DNA of 64,000 bases from an uncultured Methanoregulaceae archaeon (GCA_963737635.1 CAVTTL010000001.1:1152001-1216000), one strand, 5' to 3'. Counted from the stretch's first letter, positions 20,976 to 31,465 are shown. The notes: generated from the letters alone by a model not told the origin. Numbers and translations are program-made.

Positions 20976-21000
20976 ACATTATCAGATGTTTCAAAAAATG
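20976..21000 (+). promoter_or_regulatory. Island motif half-copy upstream of the Met-rich protein gene
   Basis: ATGTTTCAAAAAATG core; upstream repeat unit poorly conserved. Confidence 0.5.
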
Positions 21001-21188
21001 AGATCAAAGAACCGGCGTAAAACACTGGTGCTGGCATGCGGTCTCGCCGGGAAAGGACCGTGCCGGAACTACGACCTTCAAATATGACTCATGTGACATC
21101 CGCTGAAAGCTGGACAAGATTTTATCTTTATCTCCGATAAAGCAACGGATTGTCCGGTTTACCGGAAAAAAAAGTAGGAGGCACGTTA

Positions 21189-21392
21189 ATGCACGAAGGA
21201 ATGGATCCTGCAATGCAGCACGAAATGCAGATCATGACCGACATGTGGGACATGCTCAGCGATGACCAGAAAAGAACCCTCATGAAACGCATGCTTGATG
21301 GGAAGATCATGATGAAAGAGGAAATGATCAAGCACTTCCAATACAAGATGGAAACGATGAGGATGATCAAGAAGATGCTGGACGAGTGCTAG
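21189..21392 (+). CDS. 67-aa methionine-rich protein
   Basis: RBS AGGAGG; 16 Met in 67 residues. Confidence 0.8.
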   Translation: MHEGMDPAMQHEMQIMTDMWDMLSDDQKRTLMKRMLDGKIMMKEEMIKHFQYKMETMRMIKKMLDEC

Positions 21393-21470
21393 CGTTGTTG
21401 TTGTTTTCTCTCTTCATCTCTAACTGCCGTATACACGGCATCCATGAAAACCGACTCAGAATTTCACCTC

Positions 21471-21495
21471 GTAAAAACGGCCAGGCCGTTTTTAC
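21471..21495. terminator. Perfect inverted repeat between convergent genes
   Basis: GTAAAAACGGCC-A-GGCCGTTTTTAC followed by a T-rich tract. Confidence 0.55.
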
Positions 21496-21527
21496 TATAG
21501 TATTTTATTTTTCGAAAAAAGCATTTA

Positions 21528-23693
21528 CTACTTGAAGCATTCTTCTGCACAGTCAAGAAGGGACGGGTAGTATTTGGTGACGTACTCTTTGACCATGCGA
21601 CGGGCAGAAAATGCTGCCGCATTGCTTTTGATGGATTCTTTCATCATCTTTACCCATCCATGGGGTATACCATCGATGGAGAAATTGTAATAAAGAGGTA
21701 CAACCTGTTTTTCGAGGATGGTATAGAGTGCATTTGCATCGGCAGCATCCCGTGTTTCCGGAGACGGGTCGCCTTCGAAAGCCCAGCCGTTTTTTCCGTT
21801 GTAGCCCTCAATCCACCACCCGTCGAGGATACTCATGTTAAGCACCCCGTTCAATGACGCCTTCATGCCGCTCGTCCCGCACGCTTCCATGGGAGGTACC
21901 GGCGTGTTCATCCAGACATCCACGCCGTGCACCAGATACTGTGCCATCTGCTCCCCGTAGTCCTCGACAAATCCGATCCTTCCCCCGAACTCAGGCTTCC
22001 TGGCATATTGGTATATCCTTTGTAAGAGCATTTTGCCCTCATGATCGGCCGGGTGCGCTTTTCCTGAAAAAATAATCTGGACTGGTTGCCAGGGATTATT
22101 CAGAATGCGCCGGAGACGGGCCGTATCATGGAAAATAAGATCGGCGCGTTTATAGGTGGAAAACCGGCGGGCAAACCCAATCGTAAGAACCGATGGGTTA
22201 AGCATCAGGCACTCTGCAATCAGGTTATCGGGTTCGTTCAACTCTTTTTCCCACTTGATGCGTTTTCTCTCCCTGATCCGATTGAAGAGTTTTTGTTTGA
22301 GCCAGATATGCATCTTCCAGAGTTCCTTATCAGGGATCTCGTCAATGACCTGCCAGATATCCGGGTTATCGTGGTTCGTGTGCCAGTGGGGATCGATACA
22401 ATCGAAATATTTTGAGTAGAGCGTATTCATCCGGGGGTTCAGCCACGTGAGTAAATGGACCCCGTTCGTAATGTGATCGATGGGAATATCCTTCTCTTCC
22501 AGATCAGGCCACAGGCAGCGCCACATGGCCCGGGCAACGTCGCCGTGCTTCTTTGATACCCCGTTATGGTACTGGGAAAGCTTGAGCGCAAACGCCGACA
22601 TGTTGAACCCCCTGCCCGCCTCGCAGGGATGACGTCCCAACTCATAAAAGGTATCGGCATCGATCCCCAGCTGACCGTAATATTCCGAGAAATAATTGTC
22701 CATCAGTTCACGGGGAAAAATGTCATTCCCTGCAGGAACCGGCGTATGGGTCGTAAAGACTGCCATCCGTTTTACCTGTTCCATGGCAGCCGCAAAGGTC
22801 ATGCCGGACGACACCCGCTCCCGGATTCCCTCAAGCTGCGCAAATGCCGGGTGCCCTTCGTTGAGGTGAACAGCGGAGTAGGTGATCCCCAGTTCGCCAA
22901 GCATCCTGCGCCCGCCGATCCCAAGAACGATCTCTTGTCTGAGCCGCTGTTCGGTCTGCTCGGCATACAGGCGGTGGGAGATGGTCCTGTTCTCGGGGAC
23001 ATTCTTTTGAATGTCTGTGTCGAGCAGATAGAGCGGGATCTTCCCCACGTTCACCTTCCATACCGCGGCATACATCTCGGGGGTGATGTAGGGTACCTTT
23101 ATCACCATCTGGCTCCCGGAAGCGTCCAGGACCCGGGTGATGGGTGTAGCATCCCGGTTCAGCGTTTCCGTGATATTCTCCTGCCAGCCATCGGCATTGA
23201 TATGCTGGTGGAGGTACCCCTCCGAGTAAGCAAATCCCACACCTACAATGGGCACCCCGAGATCGCTGCATTCCTTTAAATGATCGCCGGCAAGGAACCC
23301 GAGACCACCCGCATAAAAGGGGAGTGAGTGATGCAGGCCGTACTCGGCAGAGAAATAAGCGATGGTAAGAGGCCGGGTAGTTGCATAATGTTCCGCAAAC
23401 CAGCCTCTGTGGTTTGCCATGTACTGGGAAAACCGGTTCATGATGATATCATACCGGCGCATATATTCCGGGTTTGTCAGGACGCCCTCGATGAATTCTG
23501 CCGGAATCTCCTGAAGCATTTTCACCGGATTATGGACGCTTTGTTTCCATGCCTGCTGGTTGATCTCCTTGAAGAGCACCCGGGCTTCGGGGTGCCAGCT
23601 CCACCAGAGATTGTATGCAAGGTCGATAAGACCGGACAACCGTTCCGGAACATGGGGGAATTTATCTTTCAGCTCATCCTTATGGTCTGGCAT
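21528..23693 (-). CDS. glgP: Alpha-glucan (glycogen) phosphorylase
   Basis: AYFSAEYG, GGLGFLAGD, HLNEGHPAF, FARRFSTYKR, EACGTSGMK. Confidence 0.97.
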   Translation of the reverse strand: MPDHKDELKDKFPHVPERLSGLIDLAYNLWWSWHPEARVLFKEINQQAWKQSVHNPVKMLQEIPAEFIEGVLTNPEYMRRYDIIMNRFSQYMANHRGWFAEHYATTRPLTIAYFSAEYGLHHSLPFYAGGLGFLAGDHLKECSDLGVPIVGVGFAYSEGYLHQHINADGWQENITETLNRDATPITRVLDASGSQMVIKVPYITPEMYAAVWKVNVGKIPLYLLDTDIQKNVPENRTISHRLYAEQTEQRLRQEIVLGIGGRRMLGELGITYSAVHLNEGHPAFAQLEGIRERVSSGMTFAAAMEQVKRMAVFTTHTPVPAGNDIFPRELMDNYFSEYYGQLGIDADTFYELGRHPCEAGRGFNMSAFALKLSQYHNGVSKKHGDVARAMWRCLWPDLEEKDIPIDHITNGVHLLTWLNPRMNTLYSKYFDCIDPHWHTNHDNPDIWQVIDEIPDKELWKMHIWLKQKLFNRIRERKRIKWEKELNEPDNLIAECLMLNPSVLTIGFARRFSTYKRADLIFHDTARLRRILNNPWQPVQIIFSGKAHPADHEGKMLLQRIYQYARKPEFGGRIGFVEDYGEQMAQYLVHGVDVWMNTPVPPMEACGTSGMKASLNGVLNMSILDGWWIEGYNGKNGWAFEGDPSPETRDAADANALYTILEKQVVPLYYNFSIDGIPHGWVKMMKESIKSNAAAFSARRMVKEYVTKYYPSLLDCAEECFK

Positions 23694-23840
23694 GAGGAGA
23701 AACCATCCTTAGTATACTTTTATTGAAGTATGGTTAATACTATGGGAATTGCACCGGCAGATTTATAACCTCTTCACAACCTATCCAGTCTTTTGTAAGG
23801 TGAGTTACTGTGAGTACCCTGGGACGAGCTATATGCGGTC

Positions 23841-25043
23841 GTGCAAAAACCCCGACCGGTTCCGGTGCTGACCGGGTTCAACGCCAATATCGACCGGGTT
23901 ATTACGCTCACACCTCAATTGCTCAGCGTTCTCCGGGAGCATGCCGGGTCTAGCGCTTTCCTTTCGCGGCTGTACCATTCGCTGCGGTACTGTGCTGCCG
24001 ATGAGATGGTGATCAGTGATCCGGCAGTTTTTTCCGGAATTGCATCGGCTCTCCCGGATGAAGCAGGAGCTCTCAATCTGGGTGGGCAGGCAGCACTTGC
24101 CGGGGTCCAGATGCAGAGGCTTGGGATGACGCCTGTCACTTGTGTCGTCCCGGGGAGCGGCCCCAGAACGCGGATGATGCTGAAGGAGAGCGGCGTCCTT
24201 CCCCTGACCTTCCCGGAATCTCACGATCACCCGGATATACTCCATCTCATCTTCGAACATGCCCCGGGTCTCGTGCCTCTGGCTCCCCGGGTTGTACCCC
24301 GGAGCAACCGGTTTATTGTTTCCCCGGAGCATGATCCGTCAACGGTACTCATTCCCAAGGAAAAGGAGGCCTCGTTCCTGGAACAGATCCGATCCTGTAA
24401 GCGTGCGTTTCTTTCCGGCTACCAGTTCCTGAGGGATGATGGGGAGTTTATTGCCGCCGCCTCCCAGCTGCAGGCAATACATAATGTCCACCCCCGGATG
24501 AGAACCCATGTGGAATGCGTTTCCGGGCTGCAACCCCGGGTCTTGTCCCTTATGCTTAAACACATCTTTCCGAATACGGACAGTATTGGGCTCAATGAGC
24601 AGGAACTGGACGCCTTTACCCGGGTGCTTGACCCGGGAAAGGCCGGAGGCATTTTTTTATCCCCGGCGGGGATTGTACGAGATGCCCTTGCCCTTGCGCA
24701 TGCCACCGGGGTACCCAGGCTGCACCTGCACACGTTTGGGTATTATATTCTCATCCTGAAACCCGGGACCGGGGATCCGGAATTATCCAGGGATGCCCTT
24801 CTCTTTGCCGCACAAGAAGGTGCAAACGCAGCGGGGGAGGGCCGGCAGGTCTTGGCCCGGGAAGGCCTCCACGCATATGCCGATATCCGTACTGATTCAG
24901 GTTTGGATAAACCGCAGGGCGTTTTTACCGTTGGGGATCGGGTTGTGGTATTGGTCCCCACTCTTATTGCACAAAACGTCCGGAAAACAACCGGGCTTGG
25001 GGATATTCTTTCTTCCACTGCGTTTGTTACCGATCCCTTCTGA
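23841..25043 (+). CDS. ADP-dependent glucokinase/phosphofructokinase family (start uncertain)
   Basis: GFNANID, GGQA, NRFI, SIGLNEQEL, HTFGYY, TTGLGDILSS. Confidence 0.9.
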   Translation: MQKPRPVPVLTGFNANIDRVITLTPQLLSVLREHAGSSAFLSRLYHSLRYCAADEMVISDPAVFSGIASALPDEAGALNLGGQAALAGVQMQRLGMTPVTCVVPGSGPRTRMMLKESGVLPLTFPESHDHPDILHLIFEHAPGLVPLAPRVVPRSNRFIVSPEHDPSTVLIPKEKEASFLEQIRSCKRAFLSGYQFLRDDGEFIAAASQLQAIHNVHPRMRTHVECVSGLQPRVLSLMLKHIFPNTDSIGLNEQELDAFTRVLDPGKAGGIFLSPAGIVRDALALAHATGVPRLHLHTFGYYILILKPGTGDPELSRDALLFAAQEGANAAGEGRQVLAREGLHAYADIRTDSGLDKPQGVFTVGDRVVVLVPTLIAQNVRKTTGLGDILSSTAFVTDPF

Positions 25044-25066
25044 CCGCAAAAAAAAGTTAAAACGAC

Positions 25067-25342
25067 TCAATTCTGAGCATTTCTTGTCTCCAGTTTTAGC
25101 TCCTGCAATACTGTCCGTATATGGTTTTTAAGTAATTTTTCCCCCTCCTCGGAGATCAGCCAGTCTATCATATGATTTTTATAATAAATCTCATCCCTAA
25201 AAAACGATATCAGGGCAGCGGTGATTACGTCGTTTCTGGATGCGTACTCCCCGTTTTCAATAGCCTCATTGATCTTTTGCAGGAGATCATGCGGGCATTT
25301 ATAGGACAGCTGCACCTTAGGCTTACCCTTGATCGAAGGCAT
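25067..25342 (-). CDS. Ribbon-helix-helix (CopG-like) regulator
   Basis: VQLSYKCP..LL..I...IENGEYASRNDVI..AL. Confidence 0.75.
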   Translation of the reverse strand: MPSIKGKPKVQLSYKCPHDLLQKINEAIENGEYASRNDVITAALISFFRDEIYYKNHMIDWLISEEGEKLLKNHIRTVLQELKLETRNAQN

Positions 25343-25440
25343 TTACATAACAATGCAAGGTTTATTTAAACTATTTTTGTAATTCTAATGAGGTTCTAGA
25401 AAACTTTATATTGGAGCACATTTCCCATACTGTATCAACC

Positions 25441-25557
25441 ATGTTTTGCAATACCTTTATCTCCACCTTTCAGGAATGCACCGTTCCCGGGAAATGTTTT
25501 TCCAGCACCGTCCGGCATACTTGTCCTTCCTATGATAAAATCCGTCCGGTTCCGTGA
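25441..25557 (+). CDS. Possible 38-aa four-Cys peptide
   Basis: Hand translation MFCNTFISTFQECTVPGKCFSSTVRHTCPSYDKIRPVP; AAAACTTTATA about 30 bp upstream. Confidence 0.3.
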   Translation: MFCNTFISTFQECTVPGKCFSSTVRHTCPSYDKIRPVP

Positions 25558-25590
25558 CATTTTAACGATGAATAAAACCGGAAAAAACGA

Positions 25591-27643
25591 ATGCTGACGC
25601 TGGACTTTATGGAGCGAACAGAGGGAGATTTCTGCGACGGAAACACCCTGCATGAACCATGCCAGGGTAATCCGAAACCCTGTTTATCCCCCCAGAAGAA
25701 CCGTGCGATATCCATTTTGTATGTCGACGATGAAATCTCGATGCTTGGCATCACAAAACTGTATCTTGAGCGGAGCAGTGATTTCACCGTTGAAACGGTC
25801 GACTCCGCGCAGAATGCTCTCGAGATGCTCAAAGATCGCCAGTACGATGCCATCGTCTCTGATTACCAAATGCCGGCGATGAACGGCATTACCTTTTTAA
25901 AAACACTGAGATTCAGGGGAGATACCACTCCCTTTATCCTGTTTACCGGCCGGGGACGGGAGGAAATTGTTATCGAGGCACTCAACAGCGGTGCCGATTT
26001 TTATCTCCAAAAGGGAGGTGGCCCTTCGTCGATGTTTGTCGAACTGGCGCACAAGCTCAGTTTGATCGTGGAGCAGCGAAGAATAAAGACCGAGCTCTCT
26101 GAATCCCGTCGCAGGCTCGCCGACATTATCGAGTTCCTGCCGGATGCTGCTTTTGCCATAAATTCCGAAGGAAAGGTCATTGCATGGAACAAGGCAATCG
26201 AAGCAATGACCGGTGTACCTGCCGCTGATATGCTCGGGAAAGGCGATCATGAATACGCAATCCCATTCTACGGGGAACGGCTGCCGCTCCTGATCGACCT
26301 GATCTTAGGACCGCCGGAAAAAATGAGTGAAAAGTACTCCAATATTGTGCGTGACGGGGATATTCTTAGTGCAGAAAACAGCCTCGCCCATCCGAGAGGA
26401 ATTGACCTTATCTTTACCGGAAAGGCGAGCCCCCTCTATAACCAGAAAGGAGAAGTGATCGGGGCGATCGAATCCATCCATGATATCACCCGGCAGCGAA
26501 AAGCCGAAGAAAAATTGAGGATTGCCCACAAAGACCTGAATGCTGCGTACGAACAGCTGACCACAACCGAAGAGGGAGCTGCGCCAGAATTATGATGAAC
26601 TTGCCCGAAACCAGCGGGCTCTCGGGGAAAGCGAGAGAAAATACCGGCGTCTCGTTGAGGCGGCGAACGAGGGTATCTGGGTGGTCGACCGGGATATGAA
26701 TACCACGTTCGTCAACCAGCGTTTTACCGATATGCTCGGTTATACCCGCGAGGAGATGGCAGGCCATAATGTGCTGGAGTATGTTATGAGCGAAGACCGC
26801 AGTTCCCTGGAGGCTCAGGTTGTCAACCGGAGAAATGGGTTTAAAAGCCGTTACGATTGCCGGTTCGTGCACCGCGACGGGAGGATCATCTGGTGTTTTC
26901 TCTCCAGTTCGCCCCTGCTCGACGAGTCCGGTTGCTTTCAGGGATCTTTTGGCATGGTGACAGACATCACCGAATGGAAAAAAGCAGAAGATGCCCTCAA
27001 ACACGTCAACAAGAAGCTGATCCTGGTCAATCACGTAACCCAGCACGATACCCTGAATGCTCTTACCGGTATTTTCGGACTGGTTGATATGGTATCCTCA
27101 ATTGAAGTCAAGGGTAAGCATGAGGCCGAGCTTGCACGTATCAGGGATCTTGCCCGGGTCATCCAGTGCCAGGTCGGCTTTATCAAGGATTACCAGGATG
27201 TGGGTGTTTATCCCCCGGCATGGCAGCGCATCCGCGACCCAATTTGTGCAGCGTTTGCAGTGCTCGGGAATATTACCCTGCAGGTTGAGGTGGCCGATAT
27301 GGAGATTCTCGCTGATCTGCTCTTGGGAAAAGTCTTTTCTTCGCTTGCCGCATTTGCGGTGAGGCCCGGTGAAAGAATTACGAAGATCCGGTTTACTACG
27401 GTTGAATCTCCGAATAGCTTGAAAATTATCTATGAAGATAATGGGACCGCGGTCCCGGTGGAGGAAAAAGAGCAGATATTCAAGAGAGGCTATTACCAGA
27501 ATACCGGTTTTGGTTTGTTTTTGTCCCGGGAGATCTTGGCGATAACCGGAATCACTATTCAGGAAACTGGTACGCCGGGAGAAGGGTCCCGGTTTGAGAT
27601 TTCAGTGCCCAGAGAAAAGTTCCGGCCCGGTTTTGATGGGTAA
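25591..27643 (+). CDS. Hybrid REC-PAS-PAS-histidine-kinase-like protein (frameshift near 26575; start uncertain)
   Basis: ILYVDDE, SDYQMP, GADFYLQK; PAS motifs; QHD H-box; TGFGLFLSREIL. Confidence 0.85.
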
Positions 27644-27666
27644 GGAAAACGGCCAAACGCAGGGAT

Positions 27667-28050
27667 GTGGCAGGCACGAGAACAAAAAAGGTTACGTACT
27701 TTACCGAAAAAGAGGAAGAATTAGCCGATCTTCTCATAACGATTGGTATAAAGAAAAATGTGGCAAAAGTGCTGGTATTTTTGGCAGATAGTCCCGAAAC
27801 GACCAGCCGGGCCATTGAGCGCGGAACTGATCTTCGCCAACCGGAAGTGAATATTGTCATGCACTATCTTATGGATCAGGGCTGGATCGTGAGCCGCGAG
27901 AAGAAAGTGGAGAGCAAGGGACGCCCGTTAAAGATCTATGAGCTGGCAATGCCCTTCACTAGGATTATCGATCTCATCGATGAAGAGAAGAAGAAAGAGG
28001 CGACCAGCAAGCTCACAAAAATACGAAAATTGTGGGATTATGTCGACTGA
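27667..28050 (+). CDS. Archaeal wHTH transcriptional regulator (COG4738-like)
   Basis: VAKVLVFL...TSRAIERGTDLRQPEV...KGRPLKIY. Confidence 0.88.
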   Translation: MAGTRTKKVTYFTEKEEELADLLITIGIKKNVAKVLVFLADSPETTSRAIERGTDLRQPEVNIVMHYLMDQGWIVSREKKVESKGRPLKIYELAMPFTRIIDLIDEEKKKEATSKLTKIRKLWDYVD

Positions 28051-28115
28051 CGCCAGTGTAGAGACCTTAATTCATGATCTTTTAAGGGAGGTGCTCTCAC
28101 GCTCCCCGTGCAGCA

Positions 28116-28487
28116 TCAATACCTTCTTCCCGGCACAACACCCCGGATACCTCCCCGGACTTCCGATACGTCCCCGGCGTAGCGGGGGATCATATGGCAG
28201 TGGCAGTGCATAATGGACTGTCCCGCTGCTTCACCCACATTGAACCCGATATTGTAACCGGCAGGCCTGAAATGTTCCTCGATCACCTGTTTGCATTCAT
28301 CGATGAGCTCAAGCGTTGCAAGACGCTCTTGGGATGTCAGTGAAAAGAAATCAGGTATATGCCGGAACGGGATCACCAGTAGGTGGCCTTTGCTGACCGG
28401 GAACCGGTCCCAGCGGGCATAACAGAGATCGTTTTTTGCGATAATGTCATCGGCAAAAGGATTACAGAACGGGCATTTCGGCTCCAT
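28116..28487 (-). CDS. HIT family hydrolase
   Basis: CPFC, FPVSKGH, GEAAGQSIMHCHCH. Confidence 0.95.
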   Translation of the reverse strand: MEPKCPFCNPFADDIIAKNDLCYARWDRFPVSKGHLLVIPFRHIPDFFSLTSQERLATLELIDECKQVIEEHFRPAGYNIGFNVGEAAGQSIMHCHCHMIPRYAGDVSEVRGGIRGVVPGRRY

Positions 28488-28789
28488 GCATCAGGCCCCC
28501 GGACATTGGTGAGATACCGGCATCTTTCTCTCGGGCGCCCAATATACGCTTTCCTGCTGATTAGAGATGAACGCCATGGCTTCTATCAACAGGACCCGTA
28601 TTTCATGGAGATCGTACGATGCCATAAATTGAGCTCTCCTGCAATGCTTTTCGTTCTTTCCTTTGAGGAATATATGTCGGTCTTCCTCCGCTGGCTGATT
28701 GTTCAATTCGACAGTATTAATTGCCCATGGCAGTAATCGATCCATAAGCTGATATGTCCCTTTGAGAAAGCCATCGCAGGAATGATCCA

Positions 28790-31095
28790 TTGACTGTCCA
28801 GATCGATTTACCCCAAAAGAGCAATTCCTCCGCGGCCACCACATCATGCGGAAAGCTTACTTTTAAACACCTGACTATAGTTTTTGGGCTTTCGACGTTA
28901 GTCATAGGTGCACTCGGGATTTTTGCAGTACCGCTTGGTATTCCCCTGATTTTTGGTCCGAACCAAAGTTACCGGGTAGAAGCGTTAAGCGCAGCCCTGA
29001 TCTGGATCTTTGTCGGTTCAGTTCTCACATATCACGCTGTAAGACCGCTGCAATGGACCCTGGGACTGGTCATACAGGCAATTCTGGTTCTCGTTGCGGC
29101 CGCTGAATCTCTCGAGTTCACCTGTAGTATCTTGGGAGGTCACTGTTTCATCGAGGCCCTTTTTGTCAGGGCAGGGACGGTAATCATGGGGCAGTTATCG
29201 TCCCCTATCTCCCCTGCAGCTGCCGGTCTTGCAGTTCCCGTGACCATTGCAGTGGTTTTCATTATCCGGGACCCGGTCCTTCTGCAAAGTCGATGAAGAT
29301 TCGTGATGCGATCGGCATTCTTGGACTCTTGATCTCCATTATAAGCTTCACTTTTGTGATGAGCTATGCTTATGGTTCACCCCTGATCTATGGAACACAA
29401 TTTATACCGATTGCATTCATGTCGGCACTTGCTGTATTCTTTGCCGGGGCCGCCCTTGTCGCCGCTGCCGGTCCGGAGGCATTCCCGATCAGGTTATTAA
29501 TCGGTAAATCCATCAGGGCACGCCTCCTCCGGCTCTTTGTTCCGCTGGTTATCTGCATTATCTTTATCGAAAATGTTGTGTTTGTTGGACTGTCTTCGTG
29601 GTTCAATATCCACAATGCAATCCTCCTCTCGGTAAGCCTCGTTATTTTTATTGTCGTCACGGCTTTCGTAGTTACCAAAGTTTCTGCATCGATGGGAAAG
29701 AGACTTGAACATGCTGAGCAGGAGCTTGTCCGGAAAAACGAAGACCTGAACGCGCTCAATGAGGAACTTACAGTTGCCCAGGAAGAATTGCGCCAGAGTA
29801 ACGATATGCTTCTGGCAAATGAACGCCAATTGGCGCAGAAAAACGAAGATTTAAACGCGCTCAATGAGGAACTCACGGTTGCCGAGGAAGAACTGCGCCA
29901 GAGCAACAATGAATTGATCCGGCGGGAGCAGGAAGTCAGCGCCGAGAAAGAACGGCTCTCATCCCTTATCAACAGCATCAGTGACGAGGTCTGGTTTGCG
30001 GATACCCGGCAGAGATTTACTCTCGCCAATGAGGCCGGCCTCAGGGAATTTGGCCTCAGTGCCGGTAACCATATCGACGTGGAAAAATTGGCAACAAATC
30101 TTGAAGTATTCCGCCTGGACGGCAGCCCCCGGCCTGTAGAGGAAGCCCCGCCGTTGCGTGCCCTGAAAGGGGAAGTGATAAAGAACCAGATAGAGATCGT
30201 TCGCACCCCAAGGCAGGGAGCGATGCGGTACCGGCAGGTGAGTTCCTCGCCGGTAAAGGATATTTCGGGAAACATTATCGGATCAGTATCGTTGGTAAGG
30301 GATATTACGGAGCAGAAGCAGGCTGAGGAGGAACTGAAGCGAATGAATGCAGATCTCTCGGTTGCTTATGAGGAAATCACGGCAAAAGAAGAAGAACTCC
30401 GCCAGAATTTCGAAGAACTGAGCCAGCGGGAGCAGGACCTCCACAAAGCGTTGACCGAAAAAGAGGTTCTTCTCTCTGAGATCCATCACCGGGTCAAGAA
30501 TAACCTCACGGCATTTATCTCCCTCCTCTCCCTTGAAGGTTCAATAGAAGATTCGCCGGCCGGGAAAATGCTCAGGCAGGACCTGCAGAACCGTGCGAGG
30601 AGTATGGCCCTCATCCATGAGACCTTATACCGGACCAACAGGTTCGACGAAGTTGATCTTGGGGTGTACCTCGGAACACTGGTCAACCAGGTTGCGCAGA
30701 TATTCAGGATGACCCGGCCGGTAAAAATGGTAGTTGACGTCCACGGTGTTATGCTGGACCTCCCCCGGGCCACCCCGGTGGGTCTGATCGTCAACGAATT
30801 GGTAACAAACTCTTTCAAGTACGCTTTTCCGGAGTCGTTCGATGTCCAGGCTGCCCGAGGGGCTCCCCCCACTATCTCGGTAACTCTGGTAAAAGATGAT
30901 GGGTTCTATATCCTGACCGTAAAGGACAACGGGACTGGCCTTCCCCATGATCTTGATATTACAAAAACCAAGACCCTCGGGCTGAAGCTGGTGAACTTCC
31001 TTGCACGTCACCAGCTACGGGCGACAATTCAAACCAAAACACAAAACGGGACCGAATTCGTGTTCAGGTTCCGGGAGAACGATCTAAGTGAATAG
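28790..31095 (+). CDS. Membrane histidine kinase: multi-TM, coiled coil, PAS, HisKA_2 (probable frameshift near 29280)
   Basis: Two ORFs together align with the N-terminus of the 17230-20908 kinase; EIHHRVKNNL, NELVTNS, DNGTGL. Confidence 0.88.
29733..29907 (+). repeat. Intragenic duplication, 105-bp period
   Basis: About 70-bp near-identical units at 29733 and 29838 encoding KNEDLNALNEELTVA(Q/E)EELRQSN. Confidence 0.9.
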
Positions 31096-31465
31096 GTCGT
31101 GTACATCCGTTCTGGTTGTAGAAGACGACGGTCTTATTGCGATGCACCTGAGCGAGGTATTGGAGAAGGCAGGTTATCACGTGAGTACCCCGGAATTTTC
31201 CGGGGAGAATGTGATAAACCGGCTCAAAACGGCACCTCATCCGGATGTCATACTGATGGATATAGGCCTTGGGGGAAATCTTAATGGAATTGAAACGACG
31301 CGGCAGATCCGCCAATTGTACGATATCCCTGTTATATTTCTGACCGCATATTCGGATGAAGCAAGGATTGCAGAAGCAAAGGAGATCTCTCCTTATGGGT
31401 ATATCCTCAAACCGTGCATAGAACAGGATCTTGTGGCTGCAATTGAGCACGCATTGGGCCGGTAA
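31088..31465 (+). CDS. Single-domain response regulator
   Basis: VLVVEDD, VILMDIGL, FLTAY, YILKP. Confidence 0.93.
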   Translation: MNRSCTSVLVVEDDGLIAMHLSEVLEKAGYHVSTPEFSGENVINRLKTAPHPDVILMDIGLGGNLNGIETTRQIRQLYDIPVIFLTAYSDEARIAEAKEISPYGYILKPCIEQDLVAAIEHALGR

